Shown here: one piece after another, positions 46,351 through 55,960 of the stretch
Layout: every line of letters begins with the position of its first letter
Numbering within the stretch: the first letter of the stretch is position 1
IMG/VR virus record: IMGVR_UViG_3300036859_001061
Coordinates: 1-56,087 of that record
Origin: a virus
Lineage: Duplodnaviria; Caudoviricetes
Reading direction: 5' to 3' (one strand)
DNA length: 56,087 nt
Notes under the pieces: generated by a model
The model's input: only the letters and a program-made list of their open reading frames with translations
Told to the model about the DNA's origin: nothing
Databases searched by the model: none
Position numbers and translations under genes: made by a program

Positions 46351-47481
46351 CTAGAAGCTGAACTTGCTGGGGCCGCCTGCGGGCGGTCGCGGTGCGGGCG
46401 TCGTGCTGGAAGTCGCCGCCGGAACCTCGGCCACCGGAGACGCCGGCGCCTGGCCCACGTCGGGTCTTGTGCCCTGGGGGGGAGCCGGCGCATCCGGATC
46501 GGCCTTCTGGGCCTCGAGCATCCCGCCGAGGATCTCGAGGAGCTTGTCAGGGTGCCCCTTGAACGCACGGAGCTGCACGAGGCGCTGCGCGCGGTTCATC
46601 TTCAGGGCGTCGAAGTACTCAGTCGCCTTGGTCGCGACGTCGCCGAGCGCCTTCATCTCGTCGACCAGCGGATCGCTCTGCGGGACTGTGCCGGCCGGCG
46701 GGAACGCGTCCTCGATCGTCGTGTCCCCGTCCTTGATGGCGGTCGCGAGGCCTTTCAGCGTGGCCAGGTGATCGAGGGTGATGTCTTCGACGCCGCGGAG
46801 CTCGAGGAGCGCGAAGACCCGCGCGGGCTCGATGCCCATCTTCTGGAAGTACTCGATCATTTTCGCGCGCTTCGCACCGAGCGTCTCCGCCTTGCCGACG
46901 GCGACCTCTCGGCACTTCAGGTAGATCTGGCGCGTGTAGCTTTGCGGGATGACCTGGAACAGCGCGTTCCTAGTCGCGATGGCGATCGCGGCGTTGGCGG
47001 TGGTCGCGATCATGTCGTCGTTGTAGCGGCCGCCGTCGCGATTCGTGATCCGGCGCCGCACTTCGACCGCGCGCGCGACGTTGGTCTGCAGGTCCCAGGC
47101 GCCGCCGTACGCGGTGAGGAACCGATCACCCTCTTCGACGATGCGCCCAACGATGCGCAGATGGCCCCAGGCCGAGGACACGATCTCCGCGAGCCGGACG
47201 GACGGCCCTTCGATCGGCTTGTCGCTCCCCTTCCGCTTCGGCAGCGTGTAGAAACACGAGGCGGCCGTCTCCTCGTCGATCGTCGCCATCGAGAGCGCCT
47301 GCTCCTGGAAGGTCTTGATCGACCGCGGGAAGCGCCTGGCCGTGACGATCTGGATGTCGATCTCGCCGCGGGTCTGCTGCTCGAGCATCCCGCCGGCGCT
47401 GGCCGGCATCACCTCATCGGGCTCCAGCGCTGGGGCTGCGTCGTTCACCGCCGGTCGCATGCCCTGTCGTCCGTTCGCCAT
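46351..47481 (-). CDS. Phage recombination protein, putative ssDNA-annealing
   Basis: EIDIQIVTARRFPRS, IEGPSVRLAE, ATRNALFQVIP; adjacent to exonuclease. Confidence 0.6.
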   Translation of the reverse strand: MANGRQGMRPAVNDAAPALEPDEVMPASAGGMLEQQTRGEIDIQIVTARRFPRSIKTFQEQALSMATIDEETAASCFYTLPKRKGSDKPIEGPSVRLAEIVSSAWGHLRIVGRIVEEGDRFLTAYGGAWDLQTNVARAVEVRRRITNRDGGRYNDDMIATTANAAIAIATRNALFQVIPQSYTRQIYLKCREVAVGKAETLGAKRAKMIEYFQKMGIEPARVFALLELRGVEDITLDHLATLKGLATAIKDGDTTIEDAFPPAGTVPQSDPLVDEMKALGDVATKATEYFDALKMNRAQRLVQLRAFKGHPDKLLEILGGMLEAQKADPDAPAPPQGTRPDVGQAPASPVAEVPAATSSTTPAPRPPAGGPSKFSF

Positions 47482-47633
47482 CGTCTCGTCTCCTCGTGAT
47501 CGCCCATCCAGGCGTCACGCGTCCGCACTCCACGCACTTCAACCGGAGCACACCCGGCGCTCCGTAATCCCGCCGTCCGTCGTGGTGCCCGACCCAGCAC
47601 GCGAGCCGCGCCGGGAGCCAGCGCCACATGCAG

Positions 47634-48137
47634 TCAGGCGGTCGGGTCGACTTCCAGGTTCACCGCGGCCGCGAGCTCGACGAGCTGCGCGATCGCGTGC
47701 TGAATCCGGACCGTCAGTGCCGCCGCTTCCGCGCGCGTCTTCCGGCCGTCGGCCTCCGCCGTCTTCGCCTCCCCCGCCACGTCGCCGATCGCCTCGAACA
47801 CGTCCGCCAGGGCGAGCAGCGTCTCGCGCCGGCTGCCGACCAGCGGCACCCGATAGATACCGAATCCGCAGGCCTCGGCGTGCCACCGCAACAGCGCCGG
47901 GTTCCGGCTCGCCTGGTAGAGCGCCGGCGCGATCGCGAGCTGGATGTTGTGGGTGTCGTCGTGCGGCGAGAGGCACGAGCGCAGGTACGCCTCGGAGCGC
48001 CCTGGCACGGCCGCCGCGGCGAGCCGCGCGATCTCGGTGCGCGTTTTCTCGCTGTGCGAGGCCAGGCAATCGACGGCGTCCTCGTACGTCGCGAGCGAGC
48101 ACCGGTCTCCGAAGCGGCAGGTCGGCGTCGGCGTCAT
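47634..48137 (-). CDS. CII-like phage regulatory protein
   Basis: N-terminal HTH-like segment; C-terminal ADGRKTRAEAA helix pattern; position after cro. Confidence 0.55.
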   Translation of the reverse strand: MTPTPTCRFGDRCSLATYEDAVDCLASHSEKTRTEIARLAAAAVPGRSEAYLRSCLSPHDDTHNIQLAIAPALYQASRNPALLRWHAEACGFGIYRVPLVGSRRETLLALADVFEAIGDVAGEAKTAEADGRKTRAEAAALTVRIQHAIAQLVELAAAVNLEVDPTA

Positions 48138-48472
48138 CGCGGCCCGCCTTCGCGAACACCTTCGCCGGCAGGTTTTCGTGGCACCGCGCGGAGCCTGGCC
48201 GTAGGCTTGCGGGCGTTATGGATGAGCACGTGCCCTTCGCGGATGTAGTGGATGACGACCGCGCGGCTCCAGCGCCGGCGCCGGTCGATCTTGAACGTTT
48301 CCGGAATCGGGAACGTGCCCGCGCGGATCATCCGCTTGAGGGTGCGGACGGAGGACTTCAGCTCGCGCGCGACCTCGTCGATGAAGAGCACCTCGTCGCC
48401 CTGCTGCGCCGTGTGCGGCGGCTCCGCCGTCGATACCGCTGTGCCCGTGCGGAGCTCGCGCTCGCCGTTCAC
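48134..48472 (-). CDS. AlpA/excisionase-like HTH protein
   Basis: LFIDEVARELKSSVRTLKRMIRAGTFPIP..RRWSR. Confidence 0.75.
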   Translation of the reverse strand: MNGERELRTGTAVSTAEPPHTAQQGDEVLFIDEVARELKSSVRTLKRMIRAGTFPIPETFKIDRRRRWSRAVVIHYIREGHVLIHNARKPTARLRAVPRKPAGEGVREGGPR

Positions 48473-48726
48473 GAGGCGACCTCTTGGCGCGCGGGAAACA
48501 GGTCTTCGATTTGAACGCCGAAGAACATGGCCAGGCTGCGCGACGTTTCGAGCGTCAGGTCGGTCGACTTCCCGGTCTCGATCGCGCTGAGGTAGGGCTG
48601 ACTGATGGGTACTTCGCGGGCGACCTGGATCTGGGTGAGGCCAGCCAGCTCCCGCGCGCGACGCACTTTGTTCGCGCCGTCGAGCGGCTCATGACGCAGA
48701 AGGTCGATTTGCTCAGATGTCAGCAT
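48469..48726 (-). CDS. Cro-like XRE repressor
   Basis: ARELAGLTQIQVAREVPISQPYLSAIETGK. Confidence 0.85.
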   Translation of the reverse strand: MLTSEQIDLLRHEPLDGANKVRRARELAGLTQIQVAREVPISQPYLSAIETGKSTDLTLETSRSLAMFFGVQIEDLFPARQEVAS

Positions 48727-48732
48727 CGCGTC

Positions 48733-48851
48733 AGGAAATATAGCGTTAGGGCATATTCCTGTCAACGCTTTTTATCTTGTTTTTACATATTCCTATAATG
48801 GCTTTAGACAGTATCGTTTACAGGAATATCAGCGAGGGTTATGCTTCCGAC
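48733..48851. promoter_or_regulatory. Divergent cI/cro promoters with operator repeats
   Basis: Minus: TTGACA(48765-48760)-17-TATATT; plus: TTTACA(48817-48822)-17-TATGCT; AGGAATAT/ATATTCCT at 48753, 48787, 48822. Confidence 0.8.
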
Positions 48852-49385
48852 GTGGCGCGCATCGGAGACAACCTCAAGCGGCTTCGGCTCCTGGCTGATC
48901 TCACGCAGGCAGAGTTGGCGGCGGCGGCCGGATTGAAGCAGGGCGATATTTCGAAGTGGGAAAAGAACAAGGCCGCGCCCACGGCGGGCAACCTGCTCCG
49001 GCTGGCGGTCGGACTGGGACTCCCAGTCGATATGCTACTGAAGACGATCAACCCCGACTACGATCAGGCGCGCGCGCGTGCGGTGCCCGCACAGTCCGCA
49101 CAGCCGGAAAAATCCGGTGTACAAGTGGACCTTCACACCCTGGGAGGGTCACCCCATGCCGGATCGGACAGAGAGCACCCTGCGAATCATCTACCGGAAT
49201 CCGCTCGACGCCATCTCACACAGATCGAGATGCTCCACGCGCTCTATCAAGCGGCAACCACCGTCAAGGACGTCGCTGACGCCATCGCTGGGGGATCTGA
49301 TCTACCAGCTCAAAACACTCGACCCCACGGCCATTCAGGCGTTAGAAACGTTCGTGCGAAGCGAACTCGCAAAGCACGCCCATGA
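48852..49385 (+). CDS. CI-like XRE repressor
   Basis: IGDNLKRLRLLADLTQAELAAAAGLKQGDISKWEKN; divergent from cro. Confidence 0.85.
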   Translation: MARIGDNLKRLRLLADLTQAELAAAAGLKQGDISKWEKNKAAPTAGNLLRLAVGLGLPVDMLLKTINPDYDQARARAVPAQSAQPEKSGVQVDLHTLGGSPHAGSDREHPANHLPESARRHLTQIEMLHALYQAATTVKDVADAIAGGSDLPAQNTRPHGHSGVRNVRAKRTRKARP

Positions 49386-49896
49386 AGTCAGAGCCTCCTG
49401 CGACCCCACCGCGCCGATCGCGCCCAGGCGCCCGCGCCGCCGGCACGAGCCCGCAGGCGGCTGGCGCGGCCGCTGAACGCCGTAGCGGCGTCGGTCCGAC
49501 GCCAGGCTGGAAGGGCACCCTCGGCGCGCGCACGCGATTCGCCAACCCGCGCGCGCCCTCGGTGCCCGCCACGCTCGACATTACGGCCGAGGAGTACTAC
49601 GCCGCGGCGACCCTCATGGGGCTGCTCGCGTCCCAGGCCGACGAGCCGAATAAAAAATGGGTGCGCGACTGGTCGTTTTGCATGGGTGACCTAATGGCCG
49701 TCGAGGCTCGGCGCCGGCGGCGGGTCAGGCGATGAAGATCGACCTCGAGGAGATCCGCGCGCGCCTGGTCGAGCGCCAGAGCCTGCGCGTCGAGCGCCAG
49801 GCCACGCTCCGCGATCGGGGCGTGACGCTGCTCGAGCCGAAGCGGCGGCCGCGGCTACGCGAGCTCGCCGCGCGAATCCTGCCGTGGCGGCGGTGA
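49382..49896 (+). CDS. Two small coupled ORFs (49382-49735, 49732-49896)
   Basis: ATGA overlaps downstream of cI; YYAAATLMGLLAS motif in the first. Confidence 0.5.
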
Positions 49897-49956
49897 AGGG
49901 CTAAGGGGTGGGGGGGAGCGCCGATGGAGCCACTAGCAGTAGTGTGGCGATTTTCC

Positions 49957-49986
49957 TTGAACTTTATACGTGCAAGCACGTATCAT
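49957..49986 (+). promoter_or_regulatory. Promoter with palindromic operator
   Basis: TTGAAC-18-TATCAT; ATACGTGC-AA-GCACGTAT at 49966-49983. Confidence 0.65.
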
Positions 49987-50042
49987 CTGTATATCGACGG
50001 CGCGGGCAATCCGGCCCCCGCCCTTCCACCGGAGAGAGACCG

Positions 50043-51158
50043 ATGGCCACCACCTACACTGTGACCTTTTCCCGCGCCGGGGACAATCGCATCATCGGCG
50101 TCTATCGCGATTATGCCAGCGCCACCCGCGCGGCCCGCGCCGCGGGCGCGATCATCCCACGCACCCGTCCCTGCCTCGACGTCGGACTCGATGTGCGCGG
50201 GCACCAGCACGACGATGCGTATGGTATCTGGATTGAGCCGGCCGACGAGGCCGGCCGATGATTTGCACCAGAGGAGAGAGACCGATGGCACAGACACAGA
50301 CCCTCACCGCCGCGACCGACGAGCAGATGGCCACCATTCGCGCCAGGCGCGTGGATGACGTCGCCCGCGAGATGATGACCAGCGGTGTGACCCTCTCGTG
50401 GGCCCAGGCCGACGACCTCGGCGACGAGGCGACGGACTGGATCAGCTCGCGGCTCGGGCTCCGCGCAGAGACCACCGACCGCGGCATCACCTACCGCCCG
50501 GCAGAGGAGGACTGAGCCCATGACGACCTATCGACACGCAGACGCACAGGCAAACCGTCAGCACAATGACCATTGGATCGGCCACTATGAGTGCGGCGCG
50601 TGCGGGGCCATGGTGCCTCAGATCACTATCATCGATGATGACGGGGACAGGTTGTATCTCTGTCCTGACTGCGTCGACCATCGCGCCGCTGAGACCGAGG
50701 AGGAGGACTGAGCCATGACGACCACCATCTACCGCATCGATGTCGCCCATGTGGAGGACCGTGCGCGCCGCGCGGGTCCTGAGGTGTGTAACGACTACGG
50801 TGTCGAGATGACGCCGTATGAGTGGGAGCGCCACGTCACGTGGAAGAGACACCATCGACGGTATCGGACTCGACGAGGCGCGGCGCGTGCGGCAGCGCGT
50901 ATCTACGACGACCGGTACCCCTACGGCGAGGTGCGCGCGGTCACTCGCGTCATCGAGGAGCCATAGTAGATGGACAACCGAGACGCGAAAGTCATCGCGA
51001 CGGTCGCATGTCCGCGTTGCGGCGCGAGCGCGGGTCATCCCTGCCGCAACCCGATCCCGCATCAGGCGCACCGTGGCGCAGACGATCACCGAGATCAGCC
51101 GATGCGACCCCACAGCGAACGCCGTGTGGCGTGGGTCGATCACAAGAGAGGACTGTAG
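50043..51158 (+). CDS. Five small early genes (50043-50261, 50285-50515, 50520-50711, 50715-50966, 50970-51158)
   Basis: Most have a clear GGAG RBS; two carry Cys zinc motifs (CGAC..CPDC; CPRCGA..PC). Confidence 0.65.
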
Positions 51159-51214
51159 ATGACACAGAATCCACATGTGGTGGCCGCCGGCTGGACGACC
51201 GGAGACGCGATCTA

Positions 51215-51481
51215 ATGGCGACCTACGTCATCCGCGGCGTCGATCCCGATCTCATCGGCGCCGCCAAAACGAAGGCGCGCGCCCGTGGCGAACGCCTCGA
51301 CGCGGTGCTCATCGAGACGATCCGGGCGTACGCCGAGGGACAGACCGCAGCGGCACAGCTCGCCGCCGCTGGCGGACGAGCCCGGGCCGACAAAATGACA
51401 CGGACGGAACGCTCAGAGTCTGCGCGCCGGGCGGTCGAAGCGCGGTGGGCGAAAGCTGCCGCGCGGAGCAAGGACGACTAG
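51215..51481 (+). CDS. Ribbon-helix-helix protein
   Basis: MATYVIRGVDPDL..AKTKARARG..LIETIRAYA; C-terminal GGRARADKMT..RSESARRAVEARW. Confidence 0.65.
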   Translation: MATYVIRGVDPDLIGAAKTKARARGERLDAVLIETIRAYAEGQTAAAQLAAAGGRARADKMTRTERSESARRAVEARWAKAAARSKDD

Positions 51482-52681
51482 ATGCCGCGGAAGGGCAAGC
51501 GCCGGCGGATCGCGAAGAGCGTCTATGCGGACGGGTCCGGCTGGTCGGCCGTCGCGCGTGCCGGCGACCTCGTGCGGGAACAGCGCTATGAGCCAGGCAC
51601 GTCCATGAAAACGATCCGGAGCTGGCAGCGCGATACCGAGCGCGAGCTCCGGAAGCTCCTCGGCACGCCGACCGGCGAGCGGCGCCTGACGCTGACCCAG
51701 GATATCGAGACCTACCTCACGGAAAAGACGATGGCGTCGATCGCCGATCGCGAGCGGGACCTGCGCGCGTGGATTCCCTGGTTCGGGCATCGCCGGCGCC
51801 ACACGCTGCGGACGCGCGAGCTGGACGCGCAGCTCCGGCGCTGGCGCGTGCTGGACAGGCTCTCGGCCTCGTCGGTGAATCATCGCCGCGATGCACTGTC
51901 GGATCTCTTCACCGTCCTCGATGGCCCGGAGGCCACGAACCCGGTGAAGGGCTGCATCTGGTGTGCCCGGGCGAAGCCGATCCCGCAAGCGATCGACCGG
52001 GCGCGGATCCAGCGCGTCCTCGAGGCGATGGATCCGGACCGAAAGACACGCTGGCGTCTCAGCCTTATGCACTGGACGGGGATGCGGCCGTCGCAGATGG
52101 GACGGCTCGCGGGGCCCGAGGACTTCCACATTGGCACCCGCGCGTTCGAACTCGAGATCCATGGCGCGCCGCGGCGCGTGCCGGCGGTCCTGGTGCCGTC
52201 GGGCAAGGGCGGCGACCCGGTCATGTTCCCGCTCACCGCGGAGGGCGAAGCGGTCGCGCGTGCGTTTCTCCGGACCGATGCCTTTTGGCGGCCGCCCGCG
52301 CGGCAGCCCGGCGCGCCACCAAAGACGCCGCGCGTGACCTGGTCGTGCCCGAGCGCCTACAAACGCATCGTGGCGGCGGCGACGAAGATCGGCGAGCGGC
52401 CGTTCACGGTCTACACGATCAAGCACTCCTTCGCCACGGCGCTCCGCCGCACCGGCACGGACCTGGCCGACATCCAGGACATGCTCGGGCACGCCGACAT
52501 CGCGAGCACGAGGATTTACGCGCCGGCGGTCAACGCGAAGCACGTCGAGGCGCTCGACCGGTTGCGGCGCGACGACGCCCGCAGGTATGATCACCCAGGG
52601 GCCACGAAACCAACGTCGTCTCCCCAGGCCGCGCCGGTTTCCGTGGCACCCGAGCGTGGCACCAAAGATGATGCCGCGTAA
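51482..52681 (+). CDS. int: Tyrosine recombinase (phage integrase)
   Basis: TGMRPSQ, GKGG, YTIKHSFAT, IQDMLGHAD, TRIYA. Confidence 0.92.
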   Translation: MPRKGKRRRIAKSVYADGSGWSAVARAGDLVREQRYEPGTSMKTIRSWQRDTERELRKLLGTPTGERRLTLTQDIETYLTEKTMASIADRERDLRAWIPWFGHRRRHTLRTRELDAQLRRWRVLDRLSASSVNHRRDALSDLFTVLDGPEATNPVKGCIWCARAKPIPQAIDRARIQRVLEAMDPDRKTRWRLSLMHWTGMRPSQMGRLAGPEDFHIGTRAFELEIHGAPRRVPAVLVPSGKGGDPVMFPLTAEGEAVARAFLRTDAFWRPPARQPGAPPKTPRVTWSCPSAYKRIVAAATKIGERPFTVYTIKHSFATALRRTGTDLADIQDMLGHADIASTRIYAPAVNAKHVEALDRLRRDDARRYDHPGATKPTSSPQAAPVSVAPERGTKDDAA

Positions 52682-52700
52682 GTCGTTGAGCCGGTTATGT

Positions 52701-52777
52701 GCGCCCGTAGCTCAGCTGGATAGAGCGCCGGGCTTCGAACCCGTAGGTCGGGGGTTCAAATCCCTCCGGGCGCACCA
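52701..52777 (+). tRNA. tRNA-Arg (anticodon TCG)
   Basis: Acceptor GCGCCCG/CGGGCGC, D loop AGCTGGATA, anticodon loop CTTCGAA, T loop TTCAAAT, encoded CCA. Confidence 0.93.
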
Positions 52778-53460
52778 ACCCTTTCGCGTAGCCCGCTGAG
52801 CGCCTTCCAAAAGGCGCTCATATTCCAACTCTCCGGTGTCCTCCGGTCCGATTCCTTCGGTCCCGGTCCGGTCTCCCTGCGGAATGAAGGACGGCCGGTC
52901 CGCTGTACCGATGACGATGCCGCTGAAGAGCTTGTCAAAGCGGGTCGGACCGCTGAAGTCGTAGCCCGCGCCATCCTGCCGGGGTGTGAACGTCAGCCGA
53001 CCTTGCAGAACGCGCTGGAGCACCGTCTTGCCCTGTGTCGGAGAGCCGCGAAGGCGCAAGCGCCATTCGGACAATCGACTGGCGATGACGGCTGGCGCGA
53101 GACGCGGAATGGGACGCAGGTTTCGCAATTCCACGTCAATGGCGCGCCGTCGTCCTTCCAGGTCCCGCACCTTCGTGACGAGGGAATCCAACTGACCGCC
53201 GCTCGCGATGGCGGCGACGAGTCGTTCAATCTGCTTCGCAAGGTTCGAGGCTTCGACTTCAAGAGTCGTCCGCTGGTCCGCTGCCTCCTCACGTTCGCTG
53301 AGCAGGATGACGTGCTCAAGCGTCTCAGGCGTAATGTGCTCTTCGACCGCCTGAAGCACGGCCTCGTTCATCTCCGAGACCGGCATCCGAAGCTTGTTCG
53401 TGCAGGTTCCGTTGGTTCGCCGCCGATGACAGATATATTCCGGGACACGACCGCGTTTCC
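52712..53460 (-). pseudogene. C-terminal fragment of a large serine recombinase
   Basis: YICHRRRTNGTCTN zinc ribbon plus coiled coil; catalytic N-terminus absent; frame reads antisense into the tRNA. Confidence 0.7.
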
Positions 53461-53865
53461 GAACCCGGCCGGGACCGCCGCGCGGCTCCCGGCCGGGACC
53501 CTTCCGACCTCCGGCCAACCCTCCGGCCCGTAGAATCATCCGACGACCGAGCTGGCCCTTACCCTGAGCCGGGTGCCGGTCGTCACGCTACGCTGGCGCT
53601 ACGCGGTCGGCCGACCGTGCCCGCCCTCCGACGGTCGGCAAGGCGGACCCGGAGACGGCAAATCCTCCGGCTCAACACATTCCGGCCCCCTCGGTTCAGC
53701 GCTCTGAGGGAGCCGACCATTCCCTTCGGAATTGTGCCGGAATCAGAGGGCAGCGTCCCGTGGGCGCGCCGCTCAGAAAGTGATCCATTCGCCGCTCGGA
53801 AAGTGATCCACCTGAGGGTCTGATCGCGGCTTGCCGAAACGCGGGGTTTCGGGTCCGCTGGGAGG

Positions 53866-55350
53866 ATGCTCAGGATGGACCAGGTACATGTCATTCGCCA
53901 CCAGGTGTTGGTGGAGGGCCGGTCACAGCGGCAGGTGGCCAAAGCCTTCGGGATGTCGCGGCTGACGGTGCGGAAGTACGTCGGCGAGGCGGCGCCGCGG
54001 CCGAAGGAAACGGGGCCGCGGGCACGGCCGGTCTGGGACAAGGTCGCGGGACGGGTCGAGGCGGTGCTCACCGCGTCGGCGCAGTGGACGGGCGGCAAGC
54101 AGCGGCTGACGGCCACACGGTTGCACGCGCTGCTGGTGGCCGAGGGGCACACCGTCGGCGTGACCGTCGTCAAAGACGCGCTCGCGGAATGGAAGCGGCA
54201 GCGGCGCGAGGTCTTCGTGCCGCTCACGTATCGCCCGGGCGATCTGGCGGAGGTCGATTTCTTCGAGGTGCTCGTCGACGTCGACGGCGTCCGTCGGAAG
54301 GCGTGGCTCTTCCTGATGCGCCTGATGTACTCCGGTCGCGACTTCGCGTGGATCTACGCGCGGCAGGATCAGATCAGTTTTCTCGACGGCCACGTCCGCG
54401 CCTTTGCGCACTTCGACGGCGTGCCGGCGCGTGTCGCCTACGACAATCTGCGTGCCGCGGTCGTGCGGATCCTGGTCGGCGGCGCGCGGACGTTGACGCC
54501 GCGATTCGCGGCGCTCGCATCGCACTACCTGGTCGAAGCGTGCTTCTGTCGGCCCGGCGAGGGCCATGATAAGGGCGGCGTCGAGGCCCGCGGCAAAGCG
54601 ATCCGCCAGCAAGCACTCGTGCCCATTCCGAGCGGGCCGACGCTCGCGGGGATCAATGCGGCACTGCTGGCGCAGATGGATGCGCGGCTCGACACCACGC
54701 GCGATGCCGCCGGGCAGACCATCGCGGCGCGCTTCGCCGAGGAGCAGCAGCAGTTTCGACTCGCGCCGACACCGTTTGCGCCGGAGTCGACGACGCTGGC
54801 CACCGTGACACCGCGCGCGTTAGTGCGGCTCGAGGGCGCGGTGTACTCGGTGTGGACGCGCTGGGCCGGCCTCGACCTGGTGGTTCGCATCGGGGCCAGC
54901 ACGGTGACGATCGTCGGCCGCGACGGCACGCACGTGCAGCACCCGCGGAAGCGCTTCGGCGAGCGCTCGATTGACTATCGGCATTACCTGACGGAGCTCG
55001 CGCGCAAGCCGCAGGCGGTGCGGCAGGTGCTCCCCGATCTCGTGCGCGATCTCGGCGCCCCGTTTCCGGCGATCTGGGATCAGCTCCACATCGCGTATGG
55101 GCCGCGCGAAGCCGCGCGGCTCTTCGCCAAAGTCCTCGGCCAGCTCGAAACTCAGGGCGCCACGGTCCTCGTGCCCGCGCTGATCGCGGCACTCGCGACA
55201 GGGACGCCACTGTTGCTCGCGCTCACGCCGGCGCGGCGCTCCCTCGATCGCCTCGCGCCGGACGCCGTGCCCGCGCCGCTCCGCGCGATCGACGTCGGCA
55301 GTGGCTGTGCTGCCGACTATGACGCGTGGCTCGGCGAGGTGGCGGGATGA
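53866..55350 (+). CDS. istA: IS21 transposase IstA
   Basis: N-terminal HTH, AEVDF, YDNL, KGGVE (DDE). Confidence 0.93.
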   Translation: MLRMDQVHVIRHQVLVEGRSQRQVAKAFGMSRLTVRKYVGEAAPRPKETGPRARPVWDKVAGRVEAVLTASAQWTGGKQRLTATRLHALLVAEGHTVGVTVVKDALAEWKRQRREVFVPLTYRPGDLAEVDFFEVLVDVDGVRRKAWLFLMRLMYSGRDFAWIYARQDQISFLDGHVRAFAHFDGVPARVAYDNLRAAVVRILVGGARTLTPRFAALASHYLVEACFCRPGEGHDKGGVEARGKAIRQQALVPIPSGPTLAGINAALLAQMDARLDTTRDAAGQTIAARFAEEQQQFRLAPTPFAPESTTLATVTPRALVRLEGAVYSVWTRWAGLDLVVRIGASTVTIVGRDGTHVQHPRKRFGERSIDYRHYLTELARKPQAVRQVLPDLVRDLGAPFPAIWDQLHIAYGPREAARLFAKVLGQLETQGATVLVPALIAALATGTPLLLALTPARRSLDRLAPDAVPAPLRAIDVGSGCAADYDAWLGEVAG

Positions 55351-55960
55351 GCGCGGCCCTGATTCGCGATCTGGTCGTCGCACAGACGCGTGGCCTCAAG
55401 CTCCCCGGCATCGCACGCACGTTTGAAGGGCTCGCCCGGCCAGCGCGCGATGCCCACTGGCCGCACGAAGACTATCTGCACGAGGTCCTGAGTGCCGAGC
55501 AAGCCTCGCGGCATGAGTCCGTCATTCGGCAGCGGCTCCACGAAGCCCGCTTCCCCGAGGTGCAGACGCTCGACACTTTTGATTTCACCGCGGCGGAGGG
55601 CGTGAGCGCGACCCCGATCCACACGCTGGCCCGTGGCGCATGGGTCACCGCACCGGAGAATCTGATTTTCGCGGGCCCGATCGGGACCGGTAAGACGCAT
55701 CTGGCGATCGCGCTCGGCGTGGAAGCGACGAAGCAGAAACGACGCGTGCTCTTCACCCGCGCGGCCGATCTGGTGCGGCAGCTGATCGAAGCGCGCGACG
55801 CCAGAGAGCTCACGCGCCTCCAGCAGCGGCTCCTGCGCGTCGACGTCCTGATCGTCGACGAGCTGGGCTTCGTGCCGTTCGATCGCACGGGCGGCGAGCT
55901 GCTCTTCAATCTGCTCACCGATCGCGATGAGCGCCGCGCCATCGTCGTGACGACGAATCG
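55347..55960 (+). pseudogene. istB: IS21 helper ATPase IstB, 3' end replaced
   Basis: My translation from the ATG at 55347: ARFP..TLDTFDF, GPIGTGKTHL, LIVDELGFVPF, VTTN, then unrelated sequence. Confidence 0.8.

Larger units (their letters stand above)
1..52700. mobile_element. Temperate siphovirus-like prophage (left boundary outside window)
   Basis: Ordered lysis-tail-head-packaging-replication-immunity-integrase modules; tape measure and tail tube but no sheath; integrase ends 19 bp before a tRNA gene. Confidence 0.93.
53761..55960 (+). mobile_element. IS21-family insertion sequence (right part interrupted)
   Basis: TG start with tandem CGCCGCTC(A/G)GAAAGTGATCCA at 53767 and 53790; istA-istB pair. 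Confidence 0.88.

Noticed and set aside
33730-52681. CAST-like RNA-guided integration using the integrase or IS21
   Set aside because: No tnsB/tnsC/tniQ recognised, no spacer matches the tRNA/att region, and IS21 lies outside the prophage
53767-53810. Tandem 21-bp repeat containing AGTGATC as a second mini-array or anti-repeat
   Set aside because: Only 2 bp between copies and located at the IS21 left end; fits transposase-binding repeats
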